Shown: positions 18,003 to 25,685 of the stretch, in pieces
Layout of the letters: each line of letters begins with the position of its first letter
Numbering within the stretch: position 1 is the stretch's first letter
Translations under genes and position numbers: made by a program
The notes under the pieces: generated by a model
Databases searched by the model: none
Seen by the model: the letters and a program-made list of their open reading frames with translations, nothing else
What the model was told of the DNA's origin: nothing
Source of the DNA: a virus
Taxonomy: Duplodnaviria > Caudoviricetes
IMG/VR virus record: IMGVR_UViG_3300027971_000057
Location: 1 to 63,368 of that record
Length of the DNA: 63,368 bases
Reading direction: 5' to 3' (one strand)

Positions 18003-18980
18003 ATGGCTCACCAAATCGCATTCAACAGCAACGGAACCGCTCAATACGCCAGCACGGAGCGTGAGTGGCATGGCCTCGGTCAGTTGATGACTCGCGGCGC
18101 ACTTGTCGAGGAGTGGCAGCAGGCTTCGGGGATGCTGTACGAAGTGCAGCGCGGCTTCGTTCGCTTCGCTACCGCGCACGGTCAGGCGGCAGAGGACATG
18201 GGCAAGATCGACGACAAGGTCGTCCTGTTCCGCTCGGATACCAAGCAGCACCTCGGTGTTGTGTCGGACAGTTACAAGGTCGTGCAGCCCAAGGAAGTGC
18301 TTGAGTTCTTCCGCGATTGGGCGGATCAGGGTGGCCTGACCATCGAGTCGGCTGGCGTGCTGTTCGGAGGCAAGCGCTACTTCGCCACCGCCAAGTTGGG
18401 CGAGGGTGTGGATCTGGGCGGCAAGCACAAGGACAAGGTCGTGCCTTACGCCTTGCTCTCTACGTCGGCGGATGGCAGTCTCGCCACCGAGTGCCGCTGG
18501 ACTACGGTTCGCACGGTGTGCAACAACACGCTGACGATGGCGCGTAACTCGGCGGCTTGCCACCGCACCACCCACCGCTCGAAATTCCAGCCCAACGAGG
18601 CTCGCAAGAGTGTCGAGGCAGCGAACGCCGAGTTCGGTGCGTTCATGGAGATGGCGCGTGACCTCGCCATGATCAAGGTCAACGCCGAGAAGGCGCAAGA
18701 CCTGACGCTTCGCCTGTTCAAGGCGGGCAAGAAGGACGACGACGCAATCCGTGCGTCGGCTGGGTACAACCGCGTGTTGGGCCTGTTCGGTGGCGACGGC
18801 AAGGGATCGCTGCTCGACACCGCGTTCGAGACGGGCTGGGGATGGTTGAATGCCGTGACGGAAAATTTTGACCAGCACGTTCGGTCTCAGTCAGAAGAGA
18901 ACCGAATCGCCTCAGCCCTCTGGGGCCAAGGTGACGACATGAAGCAGAAGGCGCTGGAGTTGGTTACTGCCCTGCTGTAA
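18003..18980 (+). CDS. DUF932 (TIGR03299-like) protein
   Basis: WHGLG, LGVVSDSYKVVQP, ESAGVLFGG, RTVCNNTL, WGWLNAVTE. Confidence 0.85.
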   Translation: MAHQIAFNSNGTAQYASTEREWHGLGQLMTRGALVEEWQQASGMLYEVQRGFVRFATAHGQAAEDMGKIDDKVVLFRSDTKQHLGVVSDSYKVVQPKEVLEFFRDWADQGGLTIESAGVLFGGKRYFATAKLGEGVDLGGKHKDKVVPYALLSTSADGSLATECRWTTVRTVCNNTLTMARNSAACHRTTHRSKFQPNEARKSVEAANAEFGAFMEMARDLAMIKVNAEKAQDLTLRLFKAGKKDDDAIRASAGYNRVLGLFGGDGKGSLLDTAFETGWGWLNAVTENFDQHVRSQSEENRIASALWGQGDDMKQKALELVTALL

Positions 18981-19500
18981 GCGCAGCATAGAACGACGCC
19001 ACTTGTTGCAGTTCCTCGATGGTGGCGTCGGTTTTTATACGGTTGGCTTTGCGGGATACGACCAGCACGTTGCCCCTCACGTATCCAAGACTGGGCACGA
19101 TCCGGTCTAGTTCGGGAGAGGCATCACTAGCCAGCTCTTTCGCAACGCGCAGGGGGATACCCAGCACAGGGCAAGTCACGGGGATCACTACATCTGCCGC
19201 AACCAAAGCGAACGCTAATCCCTTGGCCTTTGCCCTGCTCCTCGCACGCACAAGCATATGCACTACAGGACGGACTTGCCGTGACTCCCGCATCCGCTCT
19301 GCCATGTAGGCGTTGTTCTTTTGGCGTAAAGCAGGGTCGGCTTGTATCGCTTCGCGGCGCTTCTTATCGTGGCGCTTTACCTGTTCTCGTCTGCGGGCAA
19401 ACGACTCGGCGCTTACCCAGTGCTCAAGCCTTCCTGCCGCGCCCTTTCGGTATCCCCGAAAAACCAAACCGTCCTCACGGACATCACCAACTTTATACAT
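18964..19500 (-). CDS. free-standing HNH-like endonuclease, inverted in the early operon
   Basis: CPVLGIPL...SPELDRIVPSLGYVRGNVLVVSRKANRIK. Confidence 0.85.
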   Translation of the reverse strand: MYKVGDVREDGLVFRGYRKGAAGRLEHWVSAESFARRREQVKRHDKKRREAIQADPALRQKNNAYMAERMRESRQVRPVVHMLVRARSRAKAKGLAFALVAADVVIPVTCPVLGIPLRVAKELASDASPELDRIVPSLGYVRGNVLVVSRKANRIKTDATIEELQQVASFYAALTAGQ

Positions 19501-19565
19501 ACAACCTCTGGGGCACAGTTAACACTACACTATGCTAACATAGCCCCACTAACTGGAGAACTGAG

Positions 19566-19745
19566 ATGGAAAAGAAAGACGACGACAAGCGCATCCGCAA
19601 CATGATGTATCTCATCCAAGAAGAAGAGATGAAACTGTTGGCCGAGGGGGTGCGCCAGCGTGCCATCGAGAACTCGGCGTGGGCACGGGTCAGGGATCTG
19701 ATGGTGCGCCTCGATGTGAAACCACCAAAGAAGGGGAAGAAATGA
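19566..19745 (+). CDS. small hypothetical protein (59 aa, not in ORF track)
   Basis: GGAG RBS; MEKKDDDKRIRNMMYL...KKGKK; ATGA overlap with next gene. Confidence 0.65.
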   Translation: MEKKDDDKRIRNMMYLIQEEEMKLLAEGVRQRAIENSAWARVRDLMVRLDVKPPKKGKK

Positions 19746-19957
19746 CTGGCTCATGGCTCGACTGCCCAGACCCACCTGACTCAGACCCAGCGTGGGAGTA
19801 CACCGACGCTGACGAGGAAGCGGAGTGGCTCGAAGAGATGGAGCGCGAAGAGGCGCGACTCGCAGAGGAAGAGGAGGAGCGCCTAGCAAAAGAGGAGGAC
19901 GAGCGCCTAGCAAAAGAGGAAGCGGGGGAACCCCCCGACTCAACGGGTGACGCATGA
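19742..19957 (+). CDS. very acidic small protein
   Basis: 71 aa, 29 D/E; internal 24-bp tandem repeat 19877-19924. Confidence 0.65.
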   Translation: MTGSWLDCPDPPDSDPAWEYTDADEEAEWLEEMEREEARLAEEEEERLAKEEDERLAKEEAGEPPDSTGDA

Positions 19958-20706
19958 AAAAAGCCAAGTACATGGATCTCACGCCCAACGAGATCAACAA
20001 CAGGCTGGCTAAACGCAAACTGCCCAAGCAAGTGGAGAACCTCATCCGAGATGAGGTTCTCCAGAAGAAGGAACAGCAAAGGGTCAGTAGGCTAAAGAAG
20101 GTACAGCACACCAAGCAGTGGCGCGAGGTACTCAACCCTGCCCGCTACGAGCGCAAGACGCTGCACTCGATGATCAAGTACGAACAGGCCAAGCCCGCGC
20201 CATGCGAGCAAAGGCTAGAGGCGTATGGGTCGTATCTGCGCGTGGTCGAGAAGGCCATTGGTCAGATCGAGCGCTGCAAACTCATGGGCGGTCTGCTGCC
20301 AGCGCAAGCCAGCGAGGAACTACAACTACCAAACAAGGGGAAGCATTGGGTGGACTGGGTTCCACCATCGGTACAGAACAAGATACAAGGAAAGTTCTTG
20401 GCGCTGCCTTCAGAGAGACACAGGAAGTACAAGTGCGTGTTCGCACGCATCGCTCCGACTGAAGATACCGCTGAGAACAAGCAACGCTTGCTCCAGCGCA
20501 CGATGGCAGAACTCCAGCGCGAACAGGCAAAGGTGGAATTCGACCCAACCCCAACCAGAAAGGAACGCATCACGCGAATCAAAACGGTACTGAAGAAGAT
20601 CGAGGCCATCGAGGACGGGGCAGTTGTGCCAAAGACATGGCACGCGCTCATGCCCCCACTTGAGAAGCCCAAGAAGAAAAAGAAAATCCCCGAAACCAAC
20701 GTCTAA
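19954..20706 (+). CDS. basic hypothetical protein
   Basis: 250 aa; HWVDWVP; ATGA overlap. Confidence 0.7.
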   Translation: MKKAKYMDLTPNEINNRLAKRKLPKQVENLIRDEVLQKKEQQRVSRLKKVQHTKQWREVLNPARYERKTLHSMIKYEQAKPAPCEQRLEAYGSYLRVVEKAIGQIERCKLMGGLLPAQASEELQLPNKGKHWVDWVPPSVQNKIQGKFLALPSERHRKYKCVFARIAPTEDTAENKQRLLQRTMAELQREQAKVEFDPTPTRKERITRIKTVLKKIEAIEDGAVVPKTWHALMPPLEKPKKKKKIPETNV

Positions 20707-20738
20707 TCATTGACACGTAGACCCGCTGGGTCTATCGT
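20700..20738 (+). promoter_or_regulatory. sigma70-like promoter with operator-like palindrome
   Basis: TTGACA-17bp-TATCGT; CGTCTA-ATCA-TTGACA. Confidence 0.65.
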
Positions 20739-20757
20739 TAAACCTCAAAGGATCGAA

Positions 20758-20922
20758 ATGAAAGTTGACCAATTGGCGCGTGTGCGTCGGCTATTTGACG
20801 CTCAAAAAGTTTTTGTCTCCCCAGAAATCAACCGCATCAACCAACGCAAGTGGGTCGCAGCGGTGCGGATGCTGGGTGACAAGTGGCTACTCGCTAACAA
20901 CGTAGAACGTAAAGGAAACTGA
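20758..20922 (+). CDS. small hypothetical protein
   Basis: AAGGA RBS; NQRKWVAAVRMLGDKWLLA. Confidence 0.7.
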   Translation: MKVDQLARVRRLFDAQKVFVSPEINRINQRKWVAAVRMLGDKWLLANNVERKGN

Positions 20923-20923
20923 A

Positions 20924-21361
20924 ATGAAAGTAACCATTGCCGAGCGCATCTTTAACGTCGTGCGCGACACCCCGGGACTGACCGAGGAAAACATCCACGA
21001 GATTATGTCCGTGGATATCACGTACAAAACATCAACAGGTAAGTCGCTGGTCTATCGGATGCTCCGCGCCAGATTCCTCCGCAAGGATAGGAACGGGCGG
21101 TTCCACACGCACATCGAGGCGTACAAGCCGCTGCCCCCGTACAAGGCACGACCCAAGAAGAAGGTTATTGATGCCGTGGCAGAGGCGGCAAAACTTAATC
21201 AGACTGCTCAGGCGCAGTACAGGGAGTCGGCAGCGATGAACGCATATCAACACACCTACAGACAGTCTCCCAACGACATCTACAAGAACGTGCCGATACA
21301 CATCGGCGTTGAGCCTAAGAAAAGTTTCTTCACCAAACTTCGCGAACTGTTCCGTGACTGA
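20924..21361 (+). CDS. hypothetical protein, possible N-terminal winged helix
   Basis: ERIFNVVRDTPGLT...; RBS present. Confidence 0.6.
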   Translation: MKVTIAERIFNVVRDTPGLTEENIHEIMSVDITYKTSTGKSLVYRMLRARFLRKDRNGRFHTHIEAYKPLPPYKARPKKKVIDAVAEAAKLNQTAQAQYRESAAMNAYQHTYRQSPNDIYKNVPIHIGVEPKKSFFTKLRELFRD

Positions 21362-21585
21362 TGAAGCAGACTACTCAAGGTTTTCCATGCCCCCAGTGCG
21401 GGGCATGGACGAGGGTTCTCTCGACAAGGAACGGGAATATGAGACGCCGAGAATGCGCGAACTTGCACCGTTTCGTTACGTTGGAAGCAGTCCTTGGCCC
21501 TTCAAATATCAAATCAAAGGAGAGTGATGATGGCATTGATCTGGAGATGCGCGACGCAAGCGGCGAGGGATTCGATGAGGCATAG
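21361..21585 (+). CDS. zinc-ribbon protein (NrdR N-terminal-like)
   Basis: CPQCG...TRVLSTR...RRRECANLHRFVTLE. Confidence 0.7.
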   Translation: MKQTTQGFPCPQCGAWTRVLSTRNGNMRRRECANLHRFVTLEAVLGPSNIKSKESDDGIDLEMRDASGEGFDEA

Positions 21586-21721
21586 AGTTCCTATTCAAGA
21601 GATTCTTAAGCATACAGTCGTTGGCTGGGAAATACCCGAGGAAGAATCACCCCCTGAAGATCTGACAGCAAAGGAGTTGGCGGTGTGGGTACGCGAGGTT
21701 GCTAGGCCATGCGCGTCTTGA
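21527..21721 (+). CDS. hypothetical protein
   Basis: AGGAG RBS; overlaps preceding gene. Confidence 0.45.
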   Translation: MMALIWRCATQAARDSMRHRVPIQEILKHTVVGWEIPEEESPPEDLTAKELAVWVREVARPCAS

Positions 21722-21754
21722 GTAAGTTTAGGGAATTTATGCTGTGGAGATAAA

Positions 21755-22144
21755 GTGATGAAGACTATCGGGTTTACTCGAATATGTTTTGTATGTGATA
21801 AGAAGAAGGCTGCGTTAGGTGGCACGTTCAACCCACGCATTAAAGTGTGGAAGTGTGCTGCTTGCTCTGGTAACACTACGAAATGGAATCTGGCAGATTT
21901 GTATAAAGAACGCTGGCACAAAGGCCCGCCCCCGAGCATCGGTTGGTGGCCTACGGTGGTAAATACCAGAACGCCATGTCTTGCTGGTTACAGATGGTGG
22001 GATGGTGAGTGCTGGTCATGGCCCGCCTTTATGCATGAGTCGGCTGAGAAAGCCTCTCGCTGGGCAGCGAAGAAAGAAGCGATGCAAATGGCAATCGAGT
22101 GGGCAGACCGCCCGAAAGATTGGCCTGAGCGAAGCCGCACATGA
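21755..22144 (+). CDS. hypothetical protein with CxxC pair and Trp-rich C-terminus
   Basis: CFVC...CAAC; WHKGPPPSIGWWP...RWWDGECWS. Confidence 0.65.
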   Translation: MMKTIGFTRICFVCDKKKAALGGTFNPRIKVWKCAACSGNTTKWNLADLYKERWHKGPPPSIGWWPTVVNTRTPCLAGYRWWDGECWSWPAFMHESAEKASRWAAKKEAMQMAIEWADRPKDWPERSRT

Positions 22145-22530
22145 GCCGCAGCATGAGAACTGCACAAGAGATTCTGGAAGAAAGAGACTCTGTTCAAGAG
22201 CAATACGATGCAATTAAATCACAGATAGAGTTTTCAGAAACAGGCCACGGTTTTTACGAAGATGATCCAACTTGGCTACCAAGAGCAAAATCCGCATTGC
22301 GGGCGAAGGGTAGTTACATATTAAAACTATGCCATGAGTTAAACAAAGTTAACCAAGCAAACAAACAAGCAAACATTAACAAAGCACTGTCGCAGTCTCA
22401 GAATTTTTCAAAGCGTTTTATGCGAAATGCCAAAGTTCTTTTACCGCAAGATGCCTACTTAATGGTGATGCTGGTTACGCAGAAACAACAAGATGAAGCC
22501 GAGCATGGGATTGGGGGTGAGCATGAGTGA
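22141..22530 (+). CDS. hypothetical protein
   Basis: 129 aa, AT-rich codons, ends HGIGGEHE. Confidence 0.65.
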   Translation: MSRSMRTAQEILEERDSVQEQYDAIKSQIEFSETGHGFYEDDPTWLPRAKSALRAKGSYILKLCHELNKVNQANKQANINKALSQSQNFSKRFMRNAKVLLPQDAYLMVMLVTQKQQDEAEHGIGGEHE

Positions 22531-22981
22531 CCAAAAGCCTGTGGCATGGGATGAGCCTGTGGCGTGGATACGCCAACGTGACAACACACTGGCGTTAAGT
22601 GATGGCGGAGTTTTTGGTGATGACTGGACGCCTCTTTACTCTGCTGCCCTCGCGCAGCCTAAGTTTCCATCCTACGGTGATACGGTAGAAGAAGGTGCAG
22701 TTTATTGGTACGCTGGCAAGGACGGTAAGTATTACAGCAGCAATGACGTTCAGTTGTTTATCGATGCCAAGACTAGAGCGTTATACGAAAACCCACCTCA
22801 GTGGCGTTTAGACAAGGGCGACTTGATACCGCTCTACACGCACCCAACCCAGCGCAAACCGCTGACGGAGGCAGAGATCAAAGGAATTTTTGATCTTGGG
22901 TTGCAGACGTGGAGGCTAGGCGAGTCAACGTATCAGTTTGCCCGTGCCATTGAACGGGCACACGGTATAGGAGAAAAGTAA
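22523..22981 (+). CDS. modular accessory protein (PVAW/PLY/ARAIE type)
   Basis: PVAW x2, PLY, QRKPLTEAEI, FARAIERAHGIG. Confidence 0.65.
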   Translation: MSDQKPVAWDEPVAWIRQRDNTLALSDGGVFGDDWTPLYSAALAQPKFPSYGDTVEEGAVYWYAGKDGKYYSSNDVQLFIDAKTRALYENPPQWRLDKGDLIPLYTHPTQRKPLTEAEIKGIFDLGLQTWRLGESTYQFARAIERAHGIGEK

Positions 22982-22982
22982 A

Positions 22983-23501
22983 ATGGATGACCTACGCAAA
23001 GCAGCGCAGAACCTGCTGGACGATTGGGACAATCCGAACAAATACGTTCGGCAAGATAGATATGAAGCCCTTCGCGCTGCCCTCGCGCAGCCTGAGCAGT
23101 TGGTAGTTGGCGGCGACGATCTGCCGACTTTGACCAAGTGGACGCCAATGGCCGAATACGCAGCGAAATCTGCTGCTGTACCGGGACGCGCAGAGGCTCT
23201 TAAACAGGCGGGATACACGCGCCGTCCACGGCAGTTGCCGGGAGAGGATGAGCAGGGGGGCTGGGAATTGCCGCATCGTAGGGAAATACCACGGGAGGCG
23301 TTGAAGCAGCCTGAGCAACAATTAACGCTGACGTTTGACGCGTTTGTAAAACAAATTCGCGACAAGGCAATATACGAAACCATTTACGCAGACACTGAGG
23401 GTCGGGATATTTTGGTGATTACGCTGTTAGATGCCTATGTACTGATGCGCCAAACCGACTCACCCCAGCGCAAGCCGCATGGGATAGGAGAAAACAAATG
23501 A
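22983..23501 (+). CDS. modular accessory protein
   Basis: ALRAALAQPEQ, ALKQPEQ, PQRKPHGIG. Confidence 0.65.
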   Translation: MDDLRKAAQNLLDDWDNPNKYVRQDRYEALRAALAQPEQLVVGGDDLPTLTKWTPMAEYAAKSAAVPGRAEALKQAGYTRRPRQLPGEDEQGGWELPHRREIPREALKQPEQQLTLTFDAFVKQIRDKAIYETIYADTEGRDILVITLLDAYVLMRQTDSPQRKPHGIGENK

Positions 23502-23743
23502 AACCAGACAGCCCAGCGGAAATCCTTATGCGCTTGTACGCTTGCAAGAGCGATCTGGCAGCAGACGCAGCCGCAGAGATCATCAGACTAAGGCAAGCCC
23601 TACGTTGGCAGCAGGACAGAGAGGGTAGGATCGGAACCCACAGCCCTGACTGCTGGAAGTATGGGCACAACCACTACGAGTGTGCGCTTCGCAAGATCGA
23701 AGAGATTAAATCAATGGTGGAGAACTGGGGGGAACATGATTGA
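23498..23743 (+). CDS. hypothetical protein
   Basis: RIGTHSPDCWKYGHNHYECA. Confidence 0.6.
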   Translation: MKPDSPAEILMRLYACKSDLAADAAAEIIRLRQALRWQQDREGRIGTHSPDCWKYGHNHYECALRKIEEIKSMVENWGEHD

Positions 23744-24002
23744 AGCACAGGCGCAAGGCGCAGTAGGGGCCGATTACTCCTACGGGCAGATCAACTCTGC
23801 GAACGGCGTCCAGATTGGTGGCTCGCACTACAAAGACAAAAGCATCCAGCCGTGGGATTACATCGTGCAGAACGAGATCCCATATCTGGAGGGGAACATT
23901 ATTAAATATGTCAGCCGCTGGCGCGACAAGGGCGGGATCGACGATCTCCGCAAAGCGCAGCACTACTTGACCAAGTTAATCGAAACGGAAACAAATAAGT
24001 AA
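23736..24002 (+). CDS. DUF3310 (SaV-like) protein
   Basis: QIGGSHYK...QPWDYI...EGNIIKYVSRWRDKGGIDDLRKAQHYL. Confidence 0.85.
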   Translation: MIEAQAQGAVGADYSYGQINSANGVQIGGSHYKDKSIQPWDYIVQNEIPYLEGNIIKYVSRWRDKGGIDDLRKAQHYLTKLIETETNK

Positions 24003-24141
24003 GGGGCTGGCTCATTTCGTCAGAGAACAACACGCCTAGTACGATGCAGTTAATCTCTGATGGCAGTACCTCAGCCCCCGCAGTTTTCAGGTACTGCCAC
24101 TCTCACAGCTTGAGGCAGGCAAGCAATCTACTTTTCCTGCC
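24003..24141. ncRNA. candidate structured RNA (pseudoknot)
   Basis: four perfect inverted-repeat pairs in an intergenic gap. Confidence 0.4.
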
Positions 24142-24171
24142 ACCCCCTATTTTTAACCACTGAGGAAACTT

Positions 24172-24474
24172 ATGCGAACCCCTAAGAAATTCACCACCGA
24201 AGCATTCGACAACTTCTACCCGCAATACAAAGATGTACTGGGCGGCGCGACGATGGCTATCAACGCGGTCTACGAGAACCACTCGAAGACAGGTGCGCTG
24301 TTTCGCAAAGCGGCTGCGGTGCAGAAGGCACTCTTGCACTTCAACGAAGAACTGATCCGCACGTACAGGGTGAGTTACTACGCACCTGAAACGGAAGAGC
24401 TTGTGCCCGGAGAGAAGGCGCTTCCCTCTGAGGACTACCACCAAGAGATGCCGCTCAATGGCTCAGACGCCTGA
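24172..24474 (+). CDS. hypothetical protein
   Basis: GAGGA RBS; 100 aa. Confidence 0.6.
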   Translation: MRTPKKFTTEAFDNFYPQYKDVLGGATMAINAVYENHSKTGALFRKAAAVQKALLHFNEELIRTYRVSYYAPETEELVPGEKALPSEDYHQEMPLNGSDA

Positions 24475-24751
24475 GAAAAAGGTAAAGAACGCCTGTGTCG
24501 CCGTGCTCATAAAGCACGGCGCTTACTACTTCTTTGCGCCTGCAAACGGCTATGGCAGAGCGGGCATCCCAGACATCATCGCGTGTCACAAGGGCAAGTT
24601 CCTCGCCATTGAATGCAAGGCTGGCTACAACAAGACCACGCTATTGCAGGAGCGGGAGATAGTGAACATACACAAGGCAGGAGGCGCAGCGATGGTCGTT
24701 CGAGAGGACACCATCGATGCACTAGAGAAATGGTTTGAGGAGGAGAGGTGA
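24458..24751 (+). CDS. VRR-NUC / PD-(D/E)XK nuclease (resolvase-like)
   Basis: TPEKKVK...GIPDIIAC...FLAIECKAG. Confidence 0.85.
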   Translation: MAQTPEKKVKNACVAVLIKHGAYYFFAPANGYGRAGIPDIIACHKGKFLAIECKAGYNKTTLLQEREIVNIHKAGGAAMVVREDTIDALEKWFEEER

Positions 24752-25041
24752 TGGATAAGGAAGCACTACTGAACAGAGCGCAACTGAGTTTGCAGTTGGC
24801 TAGTAATTTGGAAAGTTTCGACGACGACTATCAGTTGAAGTGTCTGAAGTTGTTCACCATGATCACCATGTGTTTCATGGAAGACAAAGACACCAGCGGC
24901 GTTCTGCTGCTCCGCATAAAGGACACGCTCACCGTGGCGGGTATGAACACCGAGGAGTTAGAAGCAGAAGAGTTGATCTACTCCGCAGCCAACGCATTCG
25001 CAGATTCAGACAAACACTACAACAAGGGAGATACGCACTAA
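24748..25041 (+). CDS. hypothetical protein
   Basis: 97 aa, GGAG RBS, overlaps upstream stop. Confidence 0.6.
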   Translation: MMDKEALLNRAQLSLQLASNLESFDDDYQLKCLKLFTMITMCFMEDKDTSGVLLLRIKDTLTVAGMNTEELEAEELIYSAANAFADSDKHYNKGDTH

Positions 25042-25079
25042 TCTTGGTGTATACTCCATAGCACACAACGGAGGAGTAT

Positions 25080-25685
25080 ATGAAGCTGATAGATCTGACA
25101 GGGCGCACTTTTGGGCGGTTAACAGTGCGAGGGCGTTCGCCCAGAACGTATCAGACGATGTGGGAATGCGTGTGTGCGTGCGGCGAAAGCGGCATAGTTG
25201 TATCAGGAGTCAATCTTCGCACAGGGCACACAGCATCTTGCGGGTGCTTACGTGAAGAGCTTCGTCCCCTGTATGCAAAGAAGCGTGACTTTACCGGGCT
25301 AAAGAACCCCCGCGCTAAGGCAAGCACGGACAGGAACGGCGGCGTTCATGTGCCCTCAGACAGTGTCTGGTACAAGCGGGCAGCAGGGATTTTTTACGCC
25401 GCCAAGAAAAACGGGGTTCCCGTAGAGTTTGATTCTGTTGCACAGCTTGCGTCATATATCACAACAATTCGCCCTGATAAATGTCCAGTTTTTAATCAGC
25501 CTTTTGTGGAACGGGGGGCGGGCTTTAGTAACTGGTCTCCCAGCATAGACAAGCGGGATCCTAGCAAAGGATATGTAAAAGGAAACATTCAGGTTATTAG
25601 TATGCTGGCTAACTGCATGAAAAGAAATGCAACGCCCGAGCAACTTAAACAATTCGCCCAATGGGCGCTGGAGGATAAGAGATGA
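25080..25685 (+). CDS. free-standing HNH-like endonuclease
   Basis: DLTGRTFGRLTV...WECVCACG...SCGC; PSIDKRDPSKGYVKGNIQVISMLANCMK. Confidence 0.85.
   Translation: MKLIDLTGRTFGRLTVRGRSPRTYQTMWECVCACGESGIVVSGVNLRTGHTASCGCLREELRPLYAKKRDFTGLKNPRAKASTDRNGGVHVPSDSVWYKRAAGIFYAAKKNGVPVEFDSVAQLASYITTIRPDKCPVFNQPFVERGAGFSNWSPSIDKRDPSKGYVKGNIQVISMLANCMKRNATPEQLKQFAQWALEDKR

Noticed and set aside
19505-19538. Displaced DUF932 tail beyond the inverted HNH (CCTCTGGGGC match, LWG)
   Set aside because: Only a 10-nt match and the following residues do not resemble the DUF932 end; may be chance
24003-24099. Hammerhead or HDV-like ribozyme (minus strand has CUGACGA and CGAA)
   Set aside because: No stem II followed by GAAA for a hammerhead, and no P3/L3 element for the HDV fold
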